Both the position numbers and the translations under genes were made by a program. From assembly GCA_031962025.1 (NCBI GenBank), contig JAVRKW010000002.1: a stretch of 64,000 bases of DNA; one strand, given 5' to 3'. This stretch comes from Pseudothermotoga sp. (lineage in GTDB: Bacteria > Thermotogota > Thermotogae > Thermotogales > DSM-5069). The notes beneath the pieces were generated by a model that was not told the DNA's origin, did not search any database, and saw only the letters and a list, made by a program, of their open reading frames with translations. Numbering within the stretch: position 1 is the stretch's first letter; the number at the start of each line of letters is the position of its first letter. Shown here one piece after another: positions 38,848 to 47,755 of the stretch.

Positions 38848-38901
38848 GAACATGCAAAAGTTGTAAAATACAGATGCAGTAGACAAAAGGAGGTGTGACA
38901 G

Positions 38902-40143
38902 ATGCCTTTGGAAAGAATAACCAAGGCACTTGATGAGGAATTACAGCAACTGAAATGGGAAGGTCGTGCAAAGGGAAAAGAGTTCATAATAACAGATATC
39001 AAGAAACCAGAAGGTGAAAAAGGACCCAGGTTTTTCCTGAAGGGTTATGGGAACAAAGAGTTCATAAGAATGAACTCCAATTCTTATCTTGGAATGTCTT
39101 TGAGAGAGGAGATCATAAAAATTGAGGAAGAAACAGCCAGAAAATATGGTGTTGGACCAGGTGCGGTGAGATTCATAAGCGGTACTTACCTGCCTCACAG
39201 GGAACTTGAAAAGAAACTTGCACAATTTCATCTTAGAGAAGATGCGATGATCTACAGCGCGGCGTATGTCACAGTGATCGGTGTGATCTCTTCTCTCACA
39301 GACTCCGAAACGATCATCATAAGCGACGAGTTAAACCACAATTGCATTATCAACGCCGTGAAGCTTTCAAGACCAAAGGACAAATTCGTTTACAAACATT
39401 TAGATATGAACGATCTTGAGCAAAAAATAAAAGACAGTATTGGCAGAGCAAGGAGAGTTCTTGTTATCACCGACGGTGTTTTCAGCATGCGAGGAGACTA
39501 TGCACCGCTGGACAAAATAGTTGATATCGCAAATAAGTACGATAGCTATTTTGAGCAAAACATAATTGTCATTGCCGATGATTCTCACGGTGTGGGAGCC
39601 TTTGGAGAAACAGGCAGAGGAACCGAACAAGTAGTTGGTGCACGGGTTGATCTTCTAATTGGAACACTCGGGAAGGCTTTCGGTGTGAATGGTGGATATG
39701 TGGTCTCAGATCAGACTGTGATTACATACCTGAGAGAAAAAGCAATTACGTATATTTACTCAAACCCAATCACACCAGCAGAGGCTGCATGCGCACTTAA
39801 AGTCTTACAGATTCTTGACAGCGATGAAGGTAGAGAAAGGTTGAGATATCTGGGAAAACTGACCAAGAAATTCAGAGACGGTTTGTTAAAACTCGGTTAT
39901 GAAACCATTGTCAGTGAACATCCGATTGTTCCTTTACTTGTTAGAGACACCAAGAGAACCTCTGATATGGTGAACTATCTAATAGAAAATGGTGTCCTTG
40001 CCACTGGTCTGAACTTCCCCGTAGTTCCAAAAGGAGATGAAACAATAAGATTTCAAATAAACGCCGATCACACACCTTATGACATTGATTTTGTCTTAAA
40101 AGTACTTGAGAACTACAAAAAAACAAGGTGGGACAGATTCTAA
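38902..40143 (+). CDS. kbl: 2-amino-3-ketobutyrate CoA ligase (glycine C-acetyltransferase)
   Basis: SNSYLG, AVRFISGT, TDGVFSM, DDSHG and GTLGKA motifs; divergent from tdh. Confidence 0.85.
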   Translation: MPLERITKALDEELQQLKWEGRAKGKEFIITDIKKPEGEKGPRFFLKGYGNKEFIRMNSNSYLGMSLREEIIKIEEETARKYGVGPGAVRFISGTYLPHRELEKKLAQFHLREDAMIYSAAYVTVIGVISSLTDSETIIISDELNHNCIINAVKLSRPKDKFVYKHLDMNDLEQKIKDSIGRARRVLVITDGVFSMRGDYAPLDKIVDIANKYDSYFEQNIIVIADDSHGVGAFGETGRGTEQVVGARVDLLIGTLGKAFGVNGGYVVSDQTVITYLREKAITYIYSNPITPAEAACALKVLQILDSDEGRERLRYLGKLTKKFRDGLLKLGYETIVSEHPIVPLLVRDTKRTSDMVNYLIENGVLATGLNFPVVPKGDETIRFQINADHTPYDIDFVLKVLENYKKTRWDRF

Positions 40144-40156
40144 TTTATTAAGGAGT

Positions 40157-40185
40157 TTGACTCATCGTGTAACAGATTGTATAAT
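40157..40185 (+). promoter_or_regulatory. Sigma-70 promoter of the Opp/Dpp operon
   Basis: TTGACT-17 nt-TATAAT. Confidence 0.75.
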
Positions 40186-40220
40186 GAACGTAGATCAATC
40201 TTTGAAGGGAGGTAGAGGGA

Positions 40221-42053
40221 ATGAAGAAAGTGTTTGTGTTGTCAGTGCTCGTTTTTGCGGTTTTTGCTTTCGCACAGGCTGTTAACTGGGCTTTCTTGCA
40301 GGAGCCAATTTCACTGAACATCTGGAATTACCTTGGTCCAAATGCGACGGTATGGACTGGCTATGTGATAGGTCCAAGAGTCTCCGGGTTGTACTCTTAC
40401 TCAGATGTGAGATTTGACTGGATCCCGAGTCTTGCCGCAGATCTTCCAGATCTTGAACAACAGGGAGATCAGTGGGTGTACACCATAAAACTCAGAACAG
40501 ATGTCACATGGTCAGATGGTACGAAGTTCTCTGCTGATGATGTTGTCTGGTCTATGAACACCGTCAGAAAATTCATAGTTGATTACGGTCTTGGTGGAAA
40601 CTGGGCTGGTTACATCGATCCCGATTACTTCATCAAAGCAGAAAAGGTTGATGATTTCACGGTGAAAATTTATTTCACACAACCAAGTCTTGCAAAGGCA
40701 AACTTCGGTGCATTGATGATGCCAATCCTTCAGAAAAAATACTGGGAACCAAAAGTTGAGGCAGCTCTCAAAACAGCGGATCCACTTCAAACAATGTACA
40801 ACTACGATGTTTCCGACGAGCCAATCCTTGGGGCATTCTTGCTGAAAAAGTGGGAAAAAGGAGCATTCATAGAAGTCACTGCTCGTAAAGATTACTTCGA
40901 CACCGGCAGTATACTGACTCTCTACAAAAACGGTGCGGTGTCCATCAAAAATCCAAACACTGGATTTGCCTGGTCTGGTTATGGTGAACCAACTGGTGAA
41001 AAATTGTACGAACTTGTCACAGGTCCTTACGTTGATAGCATAATCTACAGAATGTACCTGAACAGATCTGCCGCTATAACCGCTCTGATCAACGGCGATG
41101 TCAGCTTTATCTTCAATTCACTTGGCTTGCAAAAAGGTGAGGCAGATCAACTTGCAAAGGTTGCGAATGTTAAATTGATCAGCAACTCTGTGAACGGTTT
41201 CAGATACATGTGCTTCAACATGAGAAGATTCCCGATGAACATCAAAGAATTCAGACAAGCCATAGCGGCTCTTGTGGATCGTGAATTTCTCACTTCCAGG
41301 GTCCTTGGTGGTCAGGCATTTCCACAATACGGTGTTGTGCCCAATGGAAATGTCTTCTGGTACAACCCCAATGTTGAAAAACTTTCACCAGGTTATGGCA
41401 TGAGCTTTGGAGACAGAAGAAAACTTGCCATCGATCTTTTGAAAAAAGCTGGTTTCAAATGGGTTGTCGAGCCAAAGATCGAGGGCAACAACGTTGTCAG
41501 ACAGGGTAGAGGTTTGATTGGTCCTAATGGTCAGAGAATTGAACAAATAGAACTTCTTGCACCCGGTGCAGGCTATGACCCAATGAGAGCCACAATAGCA
41601 CTCTACATTGAAAGATGGGCAAATGAACTTGGTATACCTATAAAAGCGAACCTGGTCGACTTCAACCTGATCGTTCAGAAAGTCTTTGATGAGCCATTCA
41701 ACTTTGATATTTACATGCTGGGCTGGAGCCTTGGATACTATCCAGATCACGTTGCAGATTTCTTCCACAGCAAGCGCGCAGGTGTCGGTGATTACAACGC
41801 TGCTGGATACAACAATCCAGAGTTTGATAAACTTGCCGATGAATTTCTTGCAGCATCTGATATCGACAAGGCAAGAGAACTGTCCTTCAAACTTCAGGAG
41901 ATCCTTGCACAGGATGTTCCTTATGTGGTGATCTTTGACACACCGGTTACCGAAGCTTACAGAACAGATCAGATTATCTTCCCGTATGAAAAGACGCTGT
42001 CTGGATTGCAATATGCGAACGGAACACCACTGCTTGTAAAGGCAGCAAAATGA
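40221..42053 (+). CDS. Opp/Dpp family (SBP_bac_5) substrate-binding protein
   Basis: Signal peptide, PSLA, WSDGTKFSADDV and FRQAIAALVDR motifs. Confidence 0.9.
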   Translation: MKKVFVLSVLVFAVFAFAQAVNWAFLQEPISLNIWNYLGPNATVWTGYVIGPRVSGLYSYSDVRFDWIPSLAADLPDLEQQGDQWVYTIKLRTDVTWSDGTKFSADDVVWSMNTVRKFIVDYGLGGNWAGYIDPDYFIKAEKVDDFTVKIYFTQPSLAKANFGALMMPILQKKYWEPKVEAALKTADPLQTMYNYDVSDEPILGAFLLKKWEKGAFIEVTARKDYFDTGSILTLYKNGAVSIKNPNTGFAWSGYGEPTGEKLYELVTGPYVDSIIYRMYLNRSAAITALINGDVSFIFNSLGLQKGEADQLAKVANVKLISNSVNGFRYMCFNMRRFPMNIKEFRQAIAALVDREFLTSRVLGGQAFPQYGVVPNGNVFWYNPNVEKLSPGYGMSFGDRRKLAIDLLKKAGFKWVVEPKIEGNNVVRQGRGLIGPNGQRIEQIELLAPGAGYDPMRATIALYIERWANELGIPIKANLVDFNLIVQKVFDEPFNFDIYMLGWSLGYYPDHVADFFHSKRAGVGDYNAAGYNNPEFDKLADEFLAASDIDKARELSFKLQEILAQDVPYVVIFDTPVTEAYRTDQIIFPYEKTLSGLQYANGTPLLVKAAK

Positions 42054-42077
42054 GTATTCAATGATTTTTCAATTTCC

Positions 42078-42100
42078 ACCGCCCCGCCACGCGGGGCGGT
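42078..42100 (+). terminator. Intercistronic GC-rich hairpin after the SBP gene (mRNA stabiliser or partial terminator)
   Basis: ACCGCCCCGC-cac-GCGGGGCGGT 10-bp stem without an immediate U-run. Confidence 0.6.
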
Positions 42101-42131
42101 TGGGATTTTATAGCCTGAGAGGAGGTAAAAG

Positions 42132-43283
42132 GTGCTTAAATTTATTGGCAAAAGAGCTTTTCAAATTGTCATACTTCTATTCATCTATGTTACAATTGTT
42201 TTCTGGTTGATGGAAGCCCTGCCTGGAAGTTTTCTTGATAAGTACCTCATGAATCCAAAGATTACTCCAGAAATAAGAGAAAACTTGAAACGTCAATTTG
42301 GTTTTGACAAACCCGTTTTTACCAGATATCTGTATTACATGAAAAACTTCGTGACCTTAGACCTCGGCGTGTCGTTTTCGTATTTTCCAAGGAAAGTCAC
42401 ATCAATAATATTTGAGAGGCTTCCCAGAACAGTTTTTCTGTTCGTAACCTCGACCTTAGTTTCGTATGCCCTTGGATATAATCTTGGTAAAAGATCTGCA
42501 TGGAGAAGAGGTAAGATAATCGATCAGGTGACAACCTTCACCGGCATCGTGTTCTGGACGATCTTTCTGCCGTTGCTCGCCATATTCAACATCTGGTTGT
42601 TTGGAGTTATACTGGGAGTACTTCCGCTGAACCAGTTTATAGAACCGAATCTTTGGAGACACGTTTCTTTTTCAGCGCAGGATCTTTTTCTAAAGCTTCT
42701 GCTCAATGCATTTATCTTTCTGATTGTTTTTCTAATTTCCATGATCATTTCCAGCAAACTCAAGACAATAGCCGCCAAGAGAGCTCTACTTTATACTTCT
42801 TCGATTACCACGATTGTTATCTCAATTTTGATTTGGATTCTCTCAGGCAAGGGAGTTTATGCCTGGGATATAATAAAACACATGGTTCTACCTGTATTTA
42901 CGCTGACACTCTATTCTTTTGCCGGAAGTATGCTTGTGATGCGTGACACAATGCTTGATGTTATAAGGGAAGACTACATCACCACGGCAAAGGCAAAGGG
43001 TTTACCTGATAAAGTAGTGAGAGACAAGCACGCGGCGAGAAACGCTTTGTTACCACTTGTGACCAATTTTGTGATAAGTCTTGGTTTCACGATAGGTGGA
43101 GGCATAATAACCGAAACCATGTTTTCCTGGCCCGGTCTTGGAAGGGCATATTTGGAAGCCCTCAATCAGCAGGATACTCCTTTGATGGTAGGACTTCTTG
43201 TTTTCACGGGTATTTTTGTTCTTATCGCCCACCTTGTTGCCGATGTACTCTATGCCTTTTTGGATCCAAGAATAAGATATTGA
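42132..43283 (+). CDS. Opp/Dpp ABC permease (OppB-like)
   Basis: DLGVSF, EDYITTAKAKGL, HAARNAL and LDPRIR motifs. Confidence 0.92.
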   Translation: MLKFIGKRAFQIVILLFIYVTIVFWLMEALPGSFLDKYLMNPKITPEIRENLKRQFGFDKPVFTRYLYYMKNFVTLDLGVSFSYFPRKVTSIIFERLPRTVFLFVTSTLVSYALGYNLGKRSAWRRGKIIDQVTTFTGIVFWTIFLPLLAIFNIWLFGVILGVLPLNQFIEPNLWRHVSFSAQDLFLKLLLNAFIFLIVFLISMIISSKLKTIAAKRALLYTSSITTIVISILIWILSGKGVYAWDIIKHMVLPVFTLTLYSFAGSMLVMRDTMLDVIREDYITTAKAKGLPDKVVRDKHAARNALLPLVTNFVISLGFTIGGGIITETMFSWPGLGRAYLEALNQQDTPLMVGLLVFTGIFVLIAHLVADVLYAFLDPRIRY

Positions 43284-43284
43284 G

Positions 43285-44274
43285 GTGAGCAAAATGGTTG
43301 AAGCGGTCATAAAGGAACCCCTGTGGAAGATTCGTCTTAAACTCTGGATGAGATCCTTCAGAACAGGATGGGAGTTGTTCAGAGAAAGAAAGCTGGCTGT
43401 TTTTGGACTCAGTGTCATAATATTCTTCGCAATTTTTGGTCTGGTTTATCCTCTTTATCCGATCATAATGAAAAACATTTTCTGGAAAAATGATCCTTTA
43501 GGGTATCAGGCATTCGCACCTTATGATCCTGTAATTGGTTTTGATCCTGATGTAATTAGCCACCCATCTGCCCCATCTCTCAGACATCCACTTGGCACAG
43601 ACCCACTTGGAAGAGATATTCTGTCGATGATCATGTACAGCACACCGCGTGAATTTGTCCTTGGTATAACTGCCGCTTTGATAACAGTTGTCATAGGTAC
43701 GATCATCGGTGCCAGCTGTGCATATTATGGCGGTGTGATAGATACATTTTTTATGAGACTTGCTGATATAGTCATGCTTTTCCCAAGTCTTGCACTTTTG
43801 ATGGTCCTGAGTGCTTTCATAGATTTGACGCTTTTCAGACTGGCTCTGATCATAGGTATGCTTTCTGGCTTTGGTTCAATCACTCTGGTGTTGAAAGCGC
43901 AGGCTTTGACCATAAAGGTTAGACCATTCATCGAAGCCGCAAAGTCTGCCGGTGCGAGTGACGCTTATATAATATTCAAGCACATCATTCCAAATATTTT
44001 ACCTCTCTCGTTTTTGTACATGATGCTGGATGTGACAGGTGCTATCTTCACCGAAGCTACACTCTCTTTCCTGGGTCTTGCAAACATTAGGATGAGCTGG
44101 GGTGTGATCATTCAAATGGCTGAATCGTCAGGTTACCTGATGGGAGCGAGTATAGGAACTTACTGGTGGCTGTGGCTTCCTGCTGGAGTCTGCATAACTT
44201 TGCTGTGTTCTGCATTCTATTTCCTTGGTAGAGGACTTGAAGAGATTGTGAACCCAAGGCTCAGAAAGAGGTGA
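43285..44274 (+). CDS. Opp/Dpp ABC permease (OppC-like)
   Basis: HPLGTDPLGRD, FIEAAKSAGA, HIIPN and LSFLGL motifs. Confidence 0.92.
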   Translation: MSKMVEAVIKEPLWKIRLKLWMRSFRTGWELFRERKLAVFGLSVIIFFAIFGLVYPLYPIIMKNIFWKNDPLGYQAFAPYDPVIGFDPDVISHPSAPSLRHPLGTDPLGRDILSMIMYSTPREFVLGITAALITVVIGTIIGASCAYYGGVIDTFFMRLADIVMLFPSLALLMVLSAFIDLTLFRLALIIGMLSGFGSITLVLKAQALTIKVRPFIEAAKSAGASDAYIIFKHIIPNILPLSFLYMMLDVTGAIFTEATLSFLGLANIRMSWGVIIQMAESSGYLMGASIGTYWWLWLPAGVCITLLCSAFYFLGRGLEEIVNPRLRKR

Positions 44275-44278
44275 TGAA

Positions 44279-45277
44279 ATGCTGCTCTCTGTGAAAGATT
44301 TGAGGATGCACTATAAGACGAAAATGGGATATGTGAAGGCTGTTGATGGGATAAATTTTGATCTTGATTCTGGTGAGAGTTTGGGAATAGTTGGCGAATC
44401 TGGATGTGGTAAAACTTCTATCTCGATGACGATTTTGAGGTTGTTACCAGATAATGCAGAGTTCAAAACGGGAAGTGTTCTTTTTGATATGGGAAACGGT
44501 CCAGTGGATCTTGTTCAATTAGACGAATCAGAAATGAGAAAATACAGATGGCGTGGCATATCTATGATCTTTCAGGCTGCCATGAATTCACTCAATCCAG
44601 TTTATAAGGTGGGAGATCAGATAATCGAAGCCATACAGAACCATTTTCCCGAAACTCCTGTGGACAAAGCCCGAGAAAAAGTCGCCGAGCTCTTTGAATT
44701 GGTTGGACTCGATCCGTCCAGGATGGATCAATATCCACATCAGTACAGTGGTGGAATGAAACAAAGAGCGGTTATTGCAATGGCTTTAGCATGTGATCCA
44801 AGAGTTATCATTGCCGATGAACCAACAACAGCGCTCGATGTTATCGTTCAGGACAGGATACTCAAAGAAATAAGAAAGATTCAAAAGAAGCTGAACATGG
44901 CAATGATATACATCTCTCATGATATCGCAGTGATAGCAGAAGTCAGCGATAAAATAGCGGTCATGTATGCGGGAAAATTCGCTGAACTCGCCGATTCAGT
45001 GACAATTTTCAAAAGACCCATGCATCCGTATACCTATGGTTTGATGCATGCTTTTCCAAGTACCGTTGGTGAAAAAACAGATCTTGTCACGATACCAGGA
45101 GAGCCACCAAACTTGCTCAATCCACCAAAAGGCTGTCGGTTTGCTCCAAGATGTCCCAAAGCAGATACAACGTGCTTGAACCAGGAGCCTGAGTACAGAG
45201 AAATAGAAAAAGGTCACTTTGTAGCATGCCATCATCCTGTGGAACCAAAAGAGGTGGTGCGTTTCTATGAACAATGA
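44279..45277 (+). CDS. Opp/Dpp ABC ATPase (OppD-like)
   Basis: GESGCGKT, YSGGM, DEPTTALD and C-terminal oligopeptide-transporter Cys motif. Confidence 0.93.
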   Translation: MLLSVKDLRMHYKTKMGYVKAVDGINFDLDSGESLGIVGESGCGKTSISMTILRLLPDNAEFKTGSVLFDMGNGPVDLVQLDESEMRKYRWRGISMIFQAAMNSLNPVYKVGDQIIEAIQNHFPETPVDKAREKVAELFELVGLDPSRMDQYPHQYSGGMKQRAVIAMALACDPRVIIADEPTTALDVIVQDRILKEIRKIQKKLNMAMIYISHDIAVIAEVSDKIAVMYAGKFAELADSVTIFKRPMHPYTYGLMHAFPSTVGEKTDLVTIPGEPPNLLNPPKGCRFAPRCPKADTTCLNQEPEYREIEKGHFVACHHPVEPKEVVRFYEQ

Positions 45278-46436
45278 ACTGGTGTTAAAAATAGAAAATC
45301 TCAGAAAACTTTTCCCGGCTGAAAGGCGCATTTTCGGCAAAACAAGATACTTTGTTCATGCCGTGGATGATATTTCAATCGAGATAAAAAAGAAGGAATC
45401 ACTTGCGCTGGTTGGAGAATCAGGCTGTGGAAAAACGACAACAGGCAAAGTTCTTGTGGGGCTTGAAGAACCGACAGAAGGAAGGATAATCTTTGAACAG
45501 GAAGATGTAACACCCCTGTTGTATGAAAATGAATCCTTGGCAAGGCGCTATGTGGAAAAAAATTATGTTGAAAGGTTTTCAAAGATGAGTGATGAACAGC
45601 TCAGACAATTAGATGGTATAGATGGCATATATGCCGATAGGTTTCTCAAACTTTCAAGAAACGAGGCGAAATTCGTTTCAGAGTTTCTCGAAAATCGAAG
45701 ATCAAGGGTCTGGCAATTGCGCAGGCGTGTACAGATGATCTTCCAGGATCCGTACGAATCGCTCAATCCAAGGATGACGATCTTCGATATAGTTTCTGAA
45801 CCTTTGAACATCCACGAAATAGGTAATTTGAAAGAACGTGAGGATAGAGTCGCGCAAATGCTTGCGGATGTCGGCTTGACCCCGCCGGAAACTTTCATGT
45901 TCAGATTTCCACACGAACTTTCAGGTGGGCAGAGACAGAGAGTGGCAATAGCAAGAGCGTTGATTTTGAATCCATCTTTTGTAATCGCAGATGAACCCAC
46001 TTCAATGCTCGATGTGTCAATTCGAACAGGTGTGATGAAACTGATGATGAGACTTGCCGATGAACACAACATGAGTTATCTGTACATAACTCACGATCTT
46101 GCCGTCGCAAGGTATATGAGCAACAACATAGCGGTCATGTACCTGGGTAAAATAGTTGAGACTGGTCCAACCGAGGAGGTACTGCAAAATCCACTTCATC
46201 CTTATACCAAAGCTCTTCTGGCTGCGGTACCTATCCCTGACCCGGAGCAGAGAAGAGGCGAACCAAATATAAAAGGGAGTGTTCCCAAGCCTATAAACCC
46301 GCCAAAGCGGTGCAGGTTTTTCGATAGGTGTCCGTATGCAGTTGAGTATTGTGAAAAGAACGACCATCCACGTTTGGTAGAAGTTCTTCAGGGGCATAAG
46401 GTCGCCTGTTATGTTGTCAGTGGAGAAGCAAAATAG
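45267..46436 (+). CDS. Opp/Dpp ABC ATPase (OppF-like) with internal insertion
   Basis: GESGCGKT, LSGGQRQR, DEPTSMLD and HPYT motifs. Confidence 0.93.
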   Translation: MNNELVLKIENLRKLFPAERRIFGKTRYFVHAVDDISIEIKKKESLALVGESGCGKTTTGKVLVGLEEPTEGRIIFEQEDVTPLLYENESLARRYVEKNYVERFSKMSDEQLRQLDGIDGIYADRFLKLSRNEAKFVSEFLENRRSRVWQLRRRVQMIFQDPYESLNPRMTIFDIVSEPLNIHEIGNLKEREDRVAQMLADVGLTPPETFMFRFPHELSGGQRQRVAIARALILNPSFVIADEPTSMLDVSIRTGVMKLMMRLADEHNMSYLYITHDLAVARYMSNNIAVMYLGKIVETGPTEEVLQNPLHPYTKALLAAVPIPDPEQRRGEPNIKGSVPKPINPPKRCRFFDRCPYAVEYCEKNDHPRLVEVLQGHKVACYVVSGEAK

Positions 46437-46842
46437 AAAGATTAACTGGCTTTTGTTTTTGTGTATAACCCTGGCGGTGTTGAATTACACTGCCGGGGTG
46501 ATTGTTTATAGAGGTTACATTCAAAGACTTTCCAGCACATCGGCTGTTTGCCAGATTTTTCTAAAATCCGATTCTTTGCACGGAGAAATAAACATAAACC
46601 CCCCTGATGATTTGGCTGTTTTTCCTGTGGATTATCAGATCTATTTTTATGATCAAAAAGGTGATACACTACAACTTGTTGCGAATTCTTTAAACGGACA
46701 GCTTCGTGCGGTTTTTGATGTTCCAATCAGAGAGAAACTTTTTTCGACTCAATGGCATGTTGTGGGATATTCAAACATTAGAATCAAATGGTTGTGGCTC
46801 TCGATGAATCTGACTTTGCCAGTAGAGGTGGAGGTCAGATGA
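46411..46842 (+). CDS. Hypothetical single-TM protein
   Basis: One N-terminal TM then a beta-rich region; overlaps the oppF end and the next gene. Confidence 0.55.
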   Translation: MLSVEKQNRKINWLLFLCITLAVLNYTAGVIVYRGYIQRLSSTSAVCQIFLKSDSLHGEININPPDDLAVFPVDYQIYFYDQKGDTLQLVANSLNGQLRAVFDVPIREKLFSTQWHVVGYSNIRIKWLWLSMNLTLPVEVEVR

Positions 46843-47198
46843 AGAAAATCTCTGTCTTTTTCATTTTAATGGTTTTTGTTTACCATGCGGTTGTTTTTGA
46901 ACTGATTTTAGGAAAGTTTTCACCACTGCCGTCTTATTTACTCTGGGTGATCGTTGCTGTGATCTCCTGGGTTGTTGGATTGTCTGTGGAGTCATTTTCG
47001 AAGATCCTGTTTATCATAATAGGTTCTTTCATTGTGGCTGGAATTGTCAGCTACTTTCTGATGGGTTATTACATTCGCGAAGGTGTAGCTGGTCTGGTTC
47101 AGATCATTACTCTGAAAATGATATCAATCTCTCTGCTCACCATCTTTTTGCTCAGCAGTATCTGCGCCTTTTTTGGTTACATGTTCAGATCTCATTAG
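46839..47198 (+). CDS. Hypothetical 4-TM membrane protein
   Basis: ATG 46839 with GGAGG SD overlapping the previous stop; four hydrophobic segments. Confidence 0.65.
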   Translation: MKKISVFFILMVFVYHAVVFELILGKFSPLPSYLLWVIVAVISWVVGLSVESFSKILFIIIGSFIVAGIVSYFLMGYYIREGVAGLVQIITLKMISISLLTIFLLSSICAFFGYMFRSH

Positions 47199-47744
47199 TA
47201 CAAATAGGCTCACTGAATTATTCAGTACATGGCAGAGTAATGCGCAAAAAAGGCTTTTTGTGCTCAAGACAGAGTAAGCGAATATGTAACCCACGGCAAA
47301 TCTGTAAGCAAAATTGAAGATTGAAAATCTCTCTATCTTGCTGAAAACGTTCGACAGATGAATGAAAGAAAAGATCAATGCATTTATAAAGACATCTGGT
47401 ATCAGAGACAGTACTGCGCCTCTGAAGATGATCTCCTCTGATATGGGTAGCAGAATGCCCATGAAGATAAGGTCAACAAAAGATATTTTTTTGTAAAATC
47501 TGATTTGTTCAGCCTTGAGAAAGCCCCCAAGAAGGATCATCGCTCCAAAAGCTACAAGAAAAGGTATCAATCCCTTAAATTGTATTTTGAATGTGTAAGG
47601 CACTCTCAGAAAAACAAAAAGAACAACTGCATACAGAAGCTGGCAAAAAGCGATGAACTGTATTCTATTTTTTCTGAGCAATTTAGAGAGATTTTGCAGT
47701 ACTATCATTACAAACAAAACCAGTAAAACCAGTAAAAATCCCAA
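47124..47744 (-). CDS. CPBP (CAAX protease/Abi) family intramembrane metalloprotease
   Basis: EEIIFRG, FSFIH and HVLNN motifs. Confidence 0.85.
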   Translation of the reverse strand: MGFLLVLLVLFVMIVLQNLSKLLRKNRIQFIAFCQLLYAVVLFVFLRVPYTFKIQFKGLIPFLVAFGAMILLGGFLKAEQIRFYKKISFVDLIFMGILLPISEEIIFRGAVLSLIPDVFINALIFSFIHLSNVFSKIERFSIFNFAYRFAVGYIFAYSVLSTKSLFCALLCHVLNNSVSLFVLMRSEHVTKKGADTAEQKDGEQRD

Positions 47745-47755
47745 ATTTCATCCCT

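Noticed and set aside
41385..42011. 208-aa antisense ORF within the Opp SBP gene (and similar shadow ORFs such as 21078-21791 and 52955-53536)
   Set aside because: These are antisense shadows of well-supported genes, with no motifs or SD.
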